64,000 nt of DNA from an uncultured Pseudobdellovibrionaceae bacterium (GTDB lineage: Bacteria > Bdellovibrionota > FAC87 > UBA2466): the NCBI GenBank assembly GCA_964616705.1, contig CAZTRP010000015.1:1705-65704 (forward strand). Reading direction: 5' to 3'. Below, piece after piece: positions 37,438 to 47,304 of this stretch (position 1 is the first letter of the stretch; each line of letters begins with the position of its first letter). The position numbers and the translations under genes were made by a program. Below the pieces are notes generated by a model that saw only the letters and a program-made list of their open reading frames with translations, ran no database searches and was not told the origin of the DNA.

Positions 37438-38637
37438 ATGTTTCGCCCAGTCGGGACCCGTTTCTTTACCCTAGTTGCCCTATTTTGCTATCTCGCAGAG
37501 GGCGCCGATAAGCCCACCCCGAGCTGGGCAAGCAAAATGCAGGCGCTTTCTAAGACTTTCTCAGAAATGATGCCCGACTTAGTGAGCAGCGCATCGCCCG
37601 ATGCAAAGGCTCGCAAGCGCCTCACGGAAGGGGCGAAGCTCCTCTCCACCCTTTCGCACGAAATTAAAGCAACGGCCGATGGCAAAACCACCGCTTCGGC
37701 ACCCGATGCAGACCCGAGCCTTGCGCTACTGTCATCGCTTTTTGAACGAGAATCCCAGTCGGCATACCGTTCACTAAAAAACGGCAATGTAGAATATGGT
37801 AAAGCGTCGCTCCGGGCTGTAACTAGCTACTGTATTTCGTGCCACACCCGCACGGACCAGGGACCACAGTTTCCGGCGCTCCCCTTGAATCCCAAGATTG
37901 CCCACCTGAGTAAGATGGAACTTGCTCAGCTTTATTCAGCCACCCGGCAATTTGACAAGGCACTCGAAGAATTTGAAGCCGTAATCTCCGACAAGGCCCT
38001 TGCTGCGAAGCGCCAACTTGAATGGGGAAGAGCCGTGCGCCATGCCTTTACCATCGCTATTCGCGTGCAACAGGACCCCGATCGCGCTTTGAAAATCCTA
38101 AAATCGATAGACTCCCTCCCTTCAATTCCACCGCTCTTTAAGGACTTTGTTACGAGCTGGAGAGCCTCGTTGATTGCATGGAAAAACGAAGGCAGAAAGA
38201 ATCTCACGAGTGAAACTGCTTTGTTTGAAGAGTCGGTTCGCCTTGCGAAACTCGCTGAAGCCAGCCAGAAGTACCCAATGGATCATTCGGCGGATGTACT
38301 TTACCTACGCGTTTCGCTAGCGGCGCACGAGTTGCTATCAAAATATCCGAATGGAAAGCACCTCAGTGAAACGCTTCTGCTGCTGGGCAATGCGTACGAT
38401 CTTTTGGACGATCACTTAATTTCCCCACTGCCGGAAATGTATTACGAAACTTGCATTCGGCGTAGCCCTCACTCTCCTACGGCCGAAAAGTGCTACCAAC
38501 GCTACGAGGCGAATATGTATTTCGGTTATTCTGGTAGCTCGGGAACTTCTATTCCAGAAGACATTGCTTCGGTAATGAAGGAACTCAAGACTCTTGCCGG
38601 TCCAACCAGCAGTAAGGGTGCTAAGACTGATTCATAG
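37438..38637 (+). CDS. Secreted protein with a single c-type haem-binding motif (CxxCH) and helical repeat region
   Basis: Signal peptide. YCISCHTRT contains CxxCH. Remainder helical and TPR-like. Confidence 0.5.
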   Translation: MFRPVGTRFFTLVALFCYLAEGADKPTPSWASKMQALSKTFSEMMPDLVSSASPDAKARKRLTEGAKLLSTLSHEIKATADGKTTASAPDADPSLALLSSLFERESQSAYRSLKNGNVEYGKASLRAVTSYCISCHTRTDQGPQFPALPLNPKIAHLSKMELAQLYSATRQFDKALEEFEAVISDKALAAKRQLEWGRAVRHAFTIAIRVQQDPDRALKILKSIDSLPSIPPLFKDFVTSWRASLIAWKNEGRKNLTSETALFEESVRLAKLAEASQKYPMDHSADVLYLRVSLAAHELLSKYPNGKHLSETLLLLGNAYDLLDDHLISPLPEMYYETCIRRSPHSPTAEKCYQRYEANMYFGYSGSSGTSIPEDIASVMKELKTLAGPTSSKGAKTDS

Positions 38638-40075
38638 GAAGCAGGGTTCTTGGCGGGGGGCGCAAAACGAAAGTTCTAAGCTCCGTCATTTCTTCGATCG
38701 CAAAGCGCACCCCCTCGCGACCCTGGCCACTTTCTTTTACACCACCGTAGGGCATGGCGTCTGACCGCCACGTGGGCACATCCCCTACTATTACGCCCCC
38801 CACTTCCAAAGTCTCCCAGGCGAGTTGTGCCTTGTGAATATCCCGAGTAAATACCCCGGCCTGTAATCCAAATTTGGAATTGTTTATTTCTCGAATACCG
38901 TCCTCAAATGACGAAACGGGGGCGAGTACCAGCACAGGTCCAAATGCCTCTTCTGCATAAACTGGCTCTTTTGTGGGTACTCCCTCCAGCAAGCAAGGCG
39001 GCAACAACGCCCCCTTTCGTTCGCCACCGACCAGACGCTTAGCCCCGGCCTTACAGGCCGACTCGATCCACGACTCCAAGCGTTTGGCTTCAGCCTCTGA
39101 AATCATTGGGCCCACGACAGTAGATTCCAAACTCGGGTCTCCCCATACCAACCCCTCAACCGCCTTCACCAGCGCCTCGCGAAACTTTGAATAAATATTT
39201 TGATGAACAAGAACCCGCTGAACGCTAATGCAGCTTTGCCCACTATTGCCAAACGCTCCTGCTACGACTCGCGACACCACCTCTTGAATTTCCGAATCCT
39301 CATCGACTAGGCAGGCTGCATTGCCGCCGAGTTCGAGCACTACTTTTTTCTTCGTCGCCCGCGCCTTCAAATCCCAACCCACAGCAGGAGACCCCGTAAA
39401 ACTTAGAATGGACACGCGCGGATCGACGCTTAAAGGGCCGGCGATGCTTTTATTGCAAGGCAGAATGGAAAAGCCCCCCTTAGGAATCGCAGTCGCCGCA
39501 AGGACCTCCCCCAGCAACAGCGCCGAAAGTGGTGTGAGGGTGGCAGGTTTCAAAATAAAGGGACAACCCGCTGCAATTGCGGGCGCCACTTTATGGGCTA
39601 CTAAGTTGAGAGGAAAATTAAACGGCGTAATAAACGCACACACTCCCAACGGAAAGCGTCGATACGACCCGCTTGTCCCTCGCGTAGCTTCCGAAACATC
39701 CAAAGATAGCAGTTCACCTCTGAGCCGAGTCGATTCCTCCGCGGCAATTCGAAATGTTTCGATACAACGATCTACTTCCAAACGGGCATCTTTGATGGGT
39801 TTTCCGACCTCTGCGCAAAGTGTGCGAATAAACTCATCTCGTCTAGCTGTAATGCCAGAAACACAAGCATATAGAATGTCTCGCCGCTCAAACGAGGCGA
39901 GCCGACGCATTTTTTCTTTTGCTTCTGAGGCCAACGCCAGCGCCTGTTCTAGTAACGCTTCAGAGGCAAGAGAGACTCGCGCCACCTGACGCCCTGAGTA
40001 CTTTTCGAACACCTCCAGATCCAAGTTTGGAACCATCGGTTGATTGCCTAAGAAAAGCGGATAGTCGCGTAACAT
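38621..40075 (-). CDS. Aldehyde dehydrogenase family protein
   Basis: LELGGNAA, GQSCISVQRV (catalytic Cys) and the GSPAVG NAD-binding motif. Start trimmed to the MLRDYPLF Met, since the long upstream extension in the ORF track has no support. Confidence 0.8.
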   Translation of the reverse strand: MLRDYPLFLGNQPMVPNLDLEVFEKYSGRQVARVSLASEALLEQALALASEAKEKMRRLASFERRDILYACVSGITARRDEFIRTLCAEVGKPIKDARLEVDRCIETFRIAAEESTRLRGELLSLDVSEATRGTSGSYRRFPLGVCAFITPFNFPLNLVAHKVAPAIAAGCPFILKPATLTPLSALLLGEVLAATAIPKGGFSILPCNKSIAGPLSVDPRVSILSFTGSPAVGWDLKARATKKKVVLELGGNAACLVDEDSEIQEVVSRVVAGAFGNSGQSCISVQRVLVHQNIYSKFREALVKAVEGLVWGDPSLESTVVGPMISEAEAKRLESWIESACKAGAKRLVGGERKGALLPPCLLEGVPTKEPVYAEEAFGPVLVLAPVSSFEDGIREINNSKFGLQAGVFTRDIHKAQLAWETLEVGGVIVGDVPTWRSDAMPYGGVKESGQGREGVRFAIEEMTELRTFVLRPPPRTLLPMNQS

Positions 40076-40117
40076 TGGGTACTCCCGAACTTTTAGCGTC
40101 TGTGCTAGAAGCAAAGC

Positions 40118-40882
40118 ATGCGACTTTTTTCTTGGAATGTGAATGGGATTCGATCGGTTCGAGCAAAAGGATTCGAAGATTGGATGAAGAAGGAGTCTCC
40201 GGATATCTTGTGCCTTCAGGAAATCAAGGCACAGCCCGAACAGCTCGAAGCGTCTGCGGTTAACCCGGCTGGCTACCACAGCGCTTGGTTCCCAGCCCAG
40301 AAAAAGGGCTACAGCGGAACTGCGATTTTTTCTCGCACGGAGCCCATCAGCGTTCGTTACGGATTGGGGGCGCCAGAGTTTGATTGTGAAGGACGCACAT
40401 TGATTGCCGAGTTCCCTGATTTCACTTTGATCAATGCCTACTTCCCCAACACACAGCGAGACTTAGGTCGCTTGAGCTATAAACTGGAGTTTTGCCGCAC
40501 TTTAGAAGCGTTCACCCAAAGCCTTCGCAAAAAAGGCAAGCAGGTGATCGTTTGCGGTGATTTCAATGTGGCGCACACGGAAATAGATTTGAAAAACCCG
40601 AAATCAAACCAAAACAATGCCGGTTTCTTGCCTGAAGAGCGAGCCTGGATTGACCAGTACCTCAAGAGTGGCTACGTCGATACGTTTCGGCATTTTAATC
40701 CCGATCCGGGCCACTACACTTGGTGGAGCTACCGTCCGGGAGTACGAGAAAAAAACATTGGGTGGCGCATTGACTACTTCGTGACGAGCGAAGAAATGAA
40801 AGACCGACTATTGGAAGCGCGCCACCACACTACAGTTCCAGGGTCTGATCACTGCCCCATAGAACTCCGGCTCCGACCCTAG
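40118..40882 (+). CDS. xth: Exodeoxyribonuclease III
   Basis: MRLFSWNVNGIRS...LCLQEIK...GDFNVAH...SDHCPIEL. Confidence 0.85.
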   Translation: MRLFSWNVNGIRSVRAKGFEDWMKKESPDILCLQEIKAQPEQLEASAVNPAGYHSAWFPAQKKGYSGTAIFSRTEPISVRYGLGAPEFDCEGRTLIAEFPDFTLINAYFPNTQRDLGRLSYKLEFCRTLEAFTQSLRKKGKQVIVCGDFNVAHTEIDLKNPKSNQNNAGFLPEERAWIDQYLKSGYVDTFRHFNPDPGHYTWWSYRPGVREKNIGWRIDYFVTSEEMKDRLLEARHHTTVPGSDHCPIELRLRP

Positions 40883-42048
40883 CGAGGATTCGTTCGCCGT
40901 GAGTTCACTTCCGCAGCAAGCCTGTCTGCTTTTTGCCAGGCCGCAATAAATGGTGGGTGTACTTTTCTCTCGGGGCCCAGCAGCTCTACCACTATGACGG
41001 AAGGGATTTTTTGAACCTGAAATTTCCCGGCCTGACGGTTGATCGCATCAACATAAGGCAGTTTCAGAACGGTGCCCGCCCCTCCAACTAAATCCTTTAA
41101 CTTATCGAGCTCAGGCTCTAACTCCTTACAAGGCGCACAGGTTTCTGGATTTCCGACTACAACAACCGCGAAAGTTTTCTTATCCTTTTTTTGGGCAACA
41201 TCTAGTTGTGCCCCCAACTCGGAAAGTATGTCGCCTTTAACGGCTTCAGTGGCGTGGCCCGATGACTCGATTTCCTTTGGCGATTCCAACAACCACTTCA
41301 AATGGCTTTGGTCCTTGTAGACGGAAACCGTACGAGTGGGGTTCGAGAGATTCGAATAAGTGCATTTTTCTCCGGAACAGTCCATGGCCTTCCACTCTTC
41401 CGGGTGACGTAGCGCTTCCCACACCGACCCATCACTACCCACCGAAGCCCGCGGACGTTTTGGTAGGCCGTTTTTTATTTTATCCGCTGAAGAATGTTGT
41501 GAACCCGTAGCGCTTTTAGGTACATCAAAACTGAGGTCAGTCCCCTCGGCCTCAGGGGAGGTATGAAAATAGGCCTGAAAGAATCGACTCGCCTCGGGGG
41601 ATTGGATGTCTACTTCGTCCCGACCCAACAATGCTCGAGCGATGTCCCGAATCGCCTTATGATGTTCTGGGTTTTTATCGTCTAGAAAGGTCTTCTTACA
41701 GTCGCTGGTAGAGCTATTGGCACAAAAATACAAACGTCCATCGTCGCTTTGGTAGAGTTCATCGAGCGTTCCTTCCTGCGCGAGCCTTCCACCCTTTTGA
41801 TTAACTGCAAATCCCCCTTTCGTTCGAATCCTCACCTGAGAATCCCACTTCACTCCCATTTGCGTTAGCTTAAGGGGCGGGTACTCCCGGCCCGGCGAGG
41901 CAGCCAACTCTTCTTTGCTAGGAGTTAGAGTTGAGAAGAAAAGATGGGGTTTGGTTGCTTCCGCCATCGATCGAGGCGCCTCACCAAGCGCGCAAATCGA
42001 AGACAAGAATGCCGATGCCCAAATAACAAACGTGCCCGTTTTGTTCAT
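40879..42048 (-). CDS. Secreted protein with C-terminal thioredoxin-like CxxC domain (paralogue of 27622..28722)
   Basis: Signal peptide. ...VVVGNPETCAPCKELEP. Upstream WKAMDCSGEKCTY Cys pair matches WEGQACTDTECRF in the paralogue. Confidence 0.55.
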   Translation of the reverse strand: MNKTGTFVIWASAFLSSICALGEAPRSMAEATKPHLFFSTLTPSKEELAASPGREYPPLKLTQMGVKWDSQVRIRTKGGFAVNQKGGRLAQEGTLDELYQSDDGRLYFCANSSTSDCKKTFLDDKNPEHHKAIRDIARALLGRDEVDIQSPEASRFFQAYFHTSPEAEGTDLSFDVPKSATGSQHSSADKIKNGLPKRPRASVGSDGSVWEALRHPEEWKAMDCSGEKCTYSNLSNPTRTVSVYKDQSHLKWLLESPKEIESSGHATEAVKGDILSELGAQLDVAQKKDKKTFAVVVVGNPETCAPCKELEPELDKLKDLVGGAGTVLKLPYVDAINRQAGKFQVQKIPSVIVVELLGPERKVHPPFIAAWQKADRLAAEVNSRRTNPR

Positions 42049-42068
42049 AATAGCCCCCAGGTGCTTGA

Positions 42069-44486
42069 CTAAAATTTAAAACGCTTGCCCAAATTCTCTA
42101 TAGCTTTTTGTACTGCGGGTGGTGCTTTCTGCTCAAGTTTCTTGAGTTCCGATTGAACTTTAGCAGTCGCCTCGGCTTTGATCTTGGCTTCAGCTGCACG
42201 ACCCATATTTGCCAATGCTGTTCTTGCAAGGGATTCAGCTACCGCAGTATACGACGGCTCAGGACGAAAGAGTGTTCCGCCGACTTTAATGGGAAAACGT
42301 ACGGGCTGATTTGGCGCAGCAAGTAACGGATCTACCCGAACTCCATTCACTTCAACTGAGATGTTCCGGGCGCCGGTCAGATTATTGGTGTCGATTAAAT
42401 CCCACTCTGCACTTAATCGATGATCCGCAAGACCAATTGTAGTCACGCCCTTTAGGTCAAAGCCACGGTTCTTCCCGGAAATCGCCTGGAAGTCGGGCAT
42501 GGAGAAAACCGATTTTGAAATTGAAAAACTAGCAGACATTTTTTCAAAACCACTGCCGGTATTCGCTGGCGGAGTAAGCTTTTTCCCTCGGACCTGTGGC
42601 ACCTTACTTTCCAAGCCTTCTAAAGCTTTATTCACGGCATCAGTCGCCATGCGCCCCACATCAAGAGTCGCAAAGCGCGCGTCCAAGACCGAGAATGCAC
42701 CGTCTGCTTTTAGGTTCGCCACGGCACTGCCTGGATTAAAACTTGCGCCCATCCCCTTCATCTTGAATGAAGCAACCCCCAGTACAGAGTTTTGGAAAAC
42801 TTCAAACTGAGAAGCCACAGCGCGCTTCATATCTAACCCATTCACTCCGAGCGAAAAATCGTAGGTCGGGGCTTTGGGCTTAAGAGAAAAAGCTGCTTCG
42901 GACGTTACTTCTGAATCAAAAACCGAGAGATGGAACTTGCGTAAGCTTGCCACTAACCCCTGAAGAGACATCTGCCCTTCGATGCGCTCGAGTGGAATAT
43001 TCATAGCCTTGAGTGAGTTCATGGCTACATCGACGACCAGGTCGGTATTTCTGGCCACCGGGGAGTTCCTAAGAGAATCCAAAAGCGCGTCGTAATCATA
43101 GCCCGTCTCTCCCGAGGCAGCAGACGAGTGCACAACCTCACTCGTTTTGGCCGCAGTCTGTGGCGACGAAGCAGGAGCCGGAGGTTTCTTAGCTTTTGGA
43201 AAGACAATCATTTGATCGAGATCCATACCGGACGAGGAAACGACCATTCTTACTTTCGGTTTAGAGAAAGAAGTGACGGAACCCTTTATCCTTAAATCAT
43301 TTCCAGGTGCAGTTAATTCCAAGCCCATTCTTTCCACTTTATCGGTGACTACTTTGATTGCGGCGTCGATTTGCGGCTGGCTTTTCAAAAGACTCGATTT
43401 GATTTTCAAGGCCTGAATGGATCCTTCACCGGAATAGTTCAACTTATCCATGGTGCCACTGCCTTCAGCCTTAAATGAGGCGTGGCCCGACAGCTCAAAG
43501 GCTTTGAGCACTGGGACCAAGTAGCCCCACGGGCCCAGTGAAACGCTATTGGATCGCACTGAAAATCGCACCTTGGGACTGGCCTGAGAAAACCCACTTG
43601 CTTCAGCAGCTACATCTAGCTCGGCATTATGAAAGCGTCCAACGGCCTTGGAAACCTGCACCATGTCCTTGCGCCCAGACAAGGTACCCTCGAGGTGACA
43701 TAAGATTCCGGGGACTTTATGAAAGTATTCACCGTAGCGAATTTCCACACCATCGAGCTCCGCTTTAAACTGCAAAGCCACGCTATCAAACTTTGTTCCT
43801 TCCAAAGTGGGCTGGAGTGTCGCGCGGACAGAGGCAGGGCCTCGTAGAGAAATCTGTTTTCCCATTCTAGTATCAAGCAGTGCTGTCGCCTGTATTTCAG
43901 TGGGACGTAAAAGCGAAAAGTCTCGAATTCCGACATTCAAAGAATCAACATCAAAGGTAAAATCCGTAAGCTTATCGATATACGACAGCTTTGCGTTCTG
44001 CATCTGCATTCCTACTCTTGCCCGAATGACCAAGGCTGGAAGCGCTGGATGATTGCGCTGCTCCACTGGGGCCGAGGAGGGCTCCGCAGAAGTTTTCACG
44101 AGTGAGAGCACGTTAATTCCACTAACGTCCTTAACTACCTTCACCTCAGGTGCACTCAAGATGAGGGTCAACTCGGGAGCCCCAGAAATCAAGGACGAGA
44201 AAGGCATACGAAAGTGAACGTCCTGGGCCGAAACCACTTCCTGGCCCTTTGCGTCCAATAACTTAAATCCCGCCACTTGAACTTTGACCTGCCCCCAAAG
44301 TGACAGGCGCAGTTTACCCAATTCAAGTTTTCCATGAATGTACTGATTTGCCGTTTCAATAAGCTGTGGGCGAAACCGATCTACTTCTACAAACAGAGGC
44401 ACGAAGATTGCGGCCGCCACCATAAGCACAGTCAGCGCCCCGAGGCCAAATGCAGACCACTTAAATACTTTTTTTAAGCGCTTCAT
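42069..44486 (-). CDS. AsmA-family outer-membrane assembly protein
   Basis: N-terminal TM anchor (MKRLKKVFKWSAFGLGALTVLMVAAAIFVPLF) and a long beta-rich periplasmic region typical of AsmA-like proteins. Confidence 0.7.
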   Translation of the reverse strand: MKRLKKVFKWSAFGLGALTVLMVAAAIFVPLFVEVDRFRPQLIETANQYIHGKLELGKLRLSLWGQVKVQVAGFKLLDAKGQEVVSAQDVHFRMPFSSLISGAPELTLILSAPEVKVVKDVSGINVLSLVKTSAEPSSAPVEQRNHPALPALVIRARVGMQMQNAKLSYIDKLTDFTFDVDSLNVGIRDFSLLRPTEIQATALLDTRMGKQISLRGPASVRATLQPTLEGTKFDSVALQFKAELDGVEIRYGEYFHKVPGILCHLEGTLSGRKDMVQVSKAVGRFHNAELDVAAEASGFSQASPKVRFSVRSNSVSLGPWGYLVPVLKAFELSGHASFKAEGSGTMDKLNYSGEGSIQALKIKSSLLKSQPQIDAAIKVVTDKVERMGLELTAPGNDLRIKGSVTSFSKPKVRMVVSSSGMDLDQMIVFPKAKKPPAPASSPQTAAKTSEVVHSSAASGETGYDYDALLDSLRNSPVARNTDLVVDVAMNSLKAMNIPLERIEGQMSLQGLVASLRKFHLSVFDSEVTSEAAFSLKPKAPTYDFSLGVNGLDMKRAVASQFEVFQNSVLGVASFKMKGMGASFNPGSAVANLKADGAFSVLDARFATLDVGRMATDAVNKALEGLESKVPQVRGKKLTPPANTGSGFEKMSASFSISKSVFSMPDFQAISGKNRGFDLKGVTTIGLADHRLSAEWDLIDTNNLTGARNISVEVNGVRVDPLLAAPNQPVRFPIKVGGTLFRPEPSYTAVAESLARTALANMGRAAEAKIKAEATAKVQSELKKLEQKAPPAVQKAIENLGKRFKF

Positions 44487-44501
44487 AGTACCCCTGTTTT
44501 T

Positions 44502-46178
44502 TTAGCGAAGTTGCCGACGCAGAATTTTACCTACGTTTGTCTTTGGGAGAGCATCACAAAACTGTATTTGCTTCGGTACTTTGTACGCGGTGAGTGAAAG
44601 CTTGGCGAATTCCCGCAACTCACTCTCAGTAACGGAAGCATCTTTCTTCACTACGAACGCCTTTACTACCTCGCCAGAGTGTTCGTCGGGAATACCCACC
44701 ACCCCGACCTCTAGCACTTTTGGGTGGGCAGCAAGAACATCTTCCACTTCATTCGGATAAACTTTAAATCCAGACACGATAATCATGTCTTTCTGTCTAT
44801 CGACAATTTTCAGATATCCTTCGCTTGAGAACTCACCCACATCGCCGGTTCTAAGCCAACCGTCACCCGGCATCACGTTTTTCGTTTCTTCAGGTCGCTG
44901 CCAATACCCAAGCATAACTTGGGGGCCGCGCACCCAAATTTCTCCAGCTTGCCCGACTGCAACTTCCTTTCCCGACTCATCCATGAGCTTTACTTCAGTC
45001 GACGATACCGGCATTCCCACTGTGCCGATCTTGAGACCTTCTTTAGTTAAAGGGTTTACGCATACGACAGGCGCGGTTTCTGTCAGCCCATAGCCCTCAA
45101 TGAGCAACGAACCCGTGATTCGATTCCACTTCTCAGAAACCGCTCGCTGCACAGCCATAGCTCCGCCGACCACAAACTTCAAAGCGCTGAAATCCACTTT
45201 CACGAAATCATCGTGGTTCAATAGCGCATTAAACAAAGTATTTACGCCGGTCATTAGGGTGAGTCGGTAACGCCGCATTTCTCCAATCAGCGCGGGGATA
45301 TCGCGCGGATTGGTAATAAGAATATTGTGCGTACCAAACTTAAATAGCGCCATTGAGTTAACCGAAAGCGAAAACACATGGTAAAGCGGCAAAGGCATCA
45401 GACAAACATCTTCGCCCTCAGTGAGCACAGGGCTCATCCACGCCCCGATTTGCTCCATGTTCGCAATGATGTTTCGATTGGTCAGCATGGCGCCCTTCGA
45501 AACCCCCGTGGTTCCACCCGTATATTGAATAAACGCCAAGTCCTGTCCCTTGGGCGCCACCTTCTTAAACGGCAGAGAAGCGCCTTTTTTCAAAACCTGC
45601 AGATAAGAGTCTTGAAACGGCAAACGATAGGCGGGAACCATTCGTTTCACGTAGCGCAAAACCGCATTTACGAGCCATCGCTTAGGTGCTGGCAGCGCGT
45701 CGCCCACTTCCGTGACTATTACTGTTTGTAATTGCGTATTGGACAGAACCGATTCGAGTTGTTTTGCAAAGTTCGCGCAAATCACTAAAACCTTCGCGCC
45801 GGAATCTCGGAACTGGTGCTCCATTTCTCGGGAGGTATAAAGCGGGTTGGTATTCACCACCACCAAACCCGCACGGAGTGCACCAAAAAGAACGATCGGG
45901 TACTGCAAAAGATTGGGCAGCTGAATGGCGATGCGATCGCCCGGCACAAGTCCCGGCAAGCTTTGCAAGTAGGCGGCAAATGCGCGACTCTGACGTTCAA
46001 CTTCCCGAAAATTGAGCGTGTGTCCAAGATTGCTAAAACACGGCCTATCTGCGAACTTCAGACAAGTTGCCTCGATTACTTCGGCAAGAGACTCAAAGGT
46101 CTCCGGATTGATGTCTGCCGGGACACCCTTCGGATAGTTGGCAACCCATGGACGATTCTCGATGCTTTGCTGTTTCAC
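44502..46178 (-). CDS. fadD: Long-chain-fatty-acid--CoA ligase
   Basis: AMP-binding signature YTGGTTGVSKGAM, GYGLTE, and C-terminal ...GKILRR. Confidence 0.85.
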   Translation of the reverse strand: MKQQSIENRPWVANYPKGVPADINPETFESLAEVIEATCLKFADRPCFSNLGHTLNFREVERQSRAFAAYLQSLPGLVPGDRIAIQLPNLLQYPIVLFGALRAGLVVVNTNPLYTSREMEHQFRDSGAKVLVICANFAKQLESVLSNTQLQTVIVTEVGDALPAPKRWLVNAVLRYVKRMVPAYRLPFQDSYLQVLKKGASLPFKKVAPKGQDLAFIQYTGGTTGVSKGAMLTNRNIIANMEQIGAWMSPVLTEGEDVCLMPLPLYHVFSLSVNSMALFKFGTHNILITNPRDIPALIGEMRRYRLTLMTGVNTLFNALLNHDDFVKVDFSALKFVVGGAMAVQRAVSEKWNRITGSLLIEGYGLTETAPVVCVNPLTKEGLKIGTVGMPVSSTEVKLMDESGKEVAVGQAGEIWVRGPQVMLGYWQRPEETKNVMPGDGWLRTGDVGEFSSEGYLKIVDRQKDMIIVSGFKVYPNEVEDVLAAHPKVLEVGVVGIPDEHSGEVVKAFVVKKDASVTESELREFAKLSLTAYKVPKQIQFCDALPKTNVGKILRRQLR

Positions 46179-46227
46179 TCCAACATTCCCCCTGCATTAC
46201 AGACGTAAGATTCTATCGTTTAAAGCG

Positions 46228-46710
46228 CTAGAAATAAACCCAAGTCACTCCTGGATTCTGATCATCTACTCGATAATTTTCGATAATCGGAAGAGTGGAA
46301 AGGTATTGATGCAGCGCCGCACGAATTTTCCCAGCCCCAATTCCATGAACAATTTCCATGCGCACAGTTCCTTCAAGTATAGCCTTGTCCATCGCGGTCT
46401 CCACGGCCCGCATTGCGTCTTCTACTCGAAGCCCGTGTAAATCGAGTTTAACGGGTTTGTCCGAGAGAGTTTTGCGACTTCCCGAAACTGGCTTTGCCAA
46501 ACCACGTAGAGTTTTTTCGAGGGTTTTGCTCAAGGCGGCTCGGGGAGTAAGGTCCTCAGCCTTGCATTGCAAGCGCACGGGACCCACTTGAACTTCATAC
46601 AAACCAGGCTTGACCTTTGAAAGTACGACCCCCAGCCGCTTCACCGATGCAACAAAGACTTCATCTTTTGCTTTAAACTCACTAGACACGCGCGGTATAC
46701 CGCCCTTCAT
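46228..46710 (-). CDS. Smr-domain protein
   Basis: C-terminal LDLHGLRVEDAMRAVETAMDKA...VHGIGAGKIR Smr motif. Confidence 0.65.
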   Translation of the reverse strand: MKGGIPRVSSEFKAKDEVFVASVKRLGVVLSKVKPGLYEVQVGPVRLQCKAEDLTPRAALSKTLEKTLRGLAKPVSGSRKTLSDKPVKLDLHGLRVEDAMRAVETAMDKAILEGTVRMEIVHGIGAGKIRAALHQYLSTLPIIENYRVDDQNPGVTWVYF

Positions 46711-47262
46711 ATGGAAATCGATCTCAATCTAGACCAACGCATTAACTTCATAAAGGTGACATCCCAACTGAATTGGGACGAATACTTCATGCTGCTCGCC
46801 ATGATGGCAAGCTTTCGCAGCAAAGACCCAAGCACGAAAGTGGGCTGCGTTCTAGTAGATCAGCACAACCATCAAATCAGCATGGGGTACAACGGTACCG
46901 TGGCAGGGATCGACGAATCACAAATACCGTGGGGCAATAACCGGAGCGTGCCCTTGGAGAACCAAAAGTACGGCTATGTGATCCACAGCGAATCCAACGC
47001 GATATCTCACGCCAGCGCCCCACTAGAGGGCGCTCGAGCGTACGTAACGCTCTTTCCCTGCAACGAGTGCGCAAAGCTGATCGCCACCCACCGAATTAAG
47101 GAGATCATCTACCTTTCAGACAAATACCAGGACACCCCGGAAATTCGCATGTCCAAGCACCTTTTTGACCTATCGGGCATCCAATACCGGCAACTCACGA
47201 TATCGGGGAACCTGGTAGAACGGCTACACCAGCACCTCTTGGGGCTACTCCCCCCTGCCTAA
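46711..47262 (+). CDS. dCMP deaminase (CMP/dCMP deaminase zinc-binding)
   Basis: HSESNAI...PCNECAKLI zinc-ligand motifs. Confidence 0.8.
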   Translation: MEIDLNLDQRINFIKVTSQLNWDEYFMLLAMMASFRSKDPSTKVGCVLVDQHNHQISMGYNGTVAGIDESQIPWGNNRSVPLENQKYGYVIHSESNAISHASAPLEGARAYVTLFPCNECAKLIATHRIKEIIYLSDKYQDTPEIRMSKHLFDLSGIQYRQLTISGNLVERLHQHLLGLLPPA

Positions 47263-47304
47263 GGGTGTATTGATCCCAATACGCCAGAAAAGGTATAAGG
47301 AGGG

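Noticed and set aside
39321-40263. Plus-strand ORFs of 222 aa and 114 aa antisense to the second aldehyde dehydrogenase
   Set aside because: Ala/Ser/Arg-rich translations typical of antisense frames. The ALDH motifs on the minus strand are unambiguous.
38621-40279. Full 552-aa extent of the ALDH ORF as given in the ORF track
   Set aside because: The first 68 residues have no similarity to ALDH N-termini and would nearly abut the divergent xth gene. Trimmed to the MLRDYPLF start.
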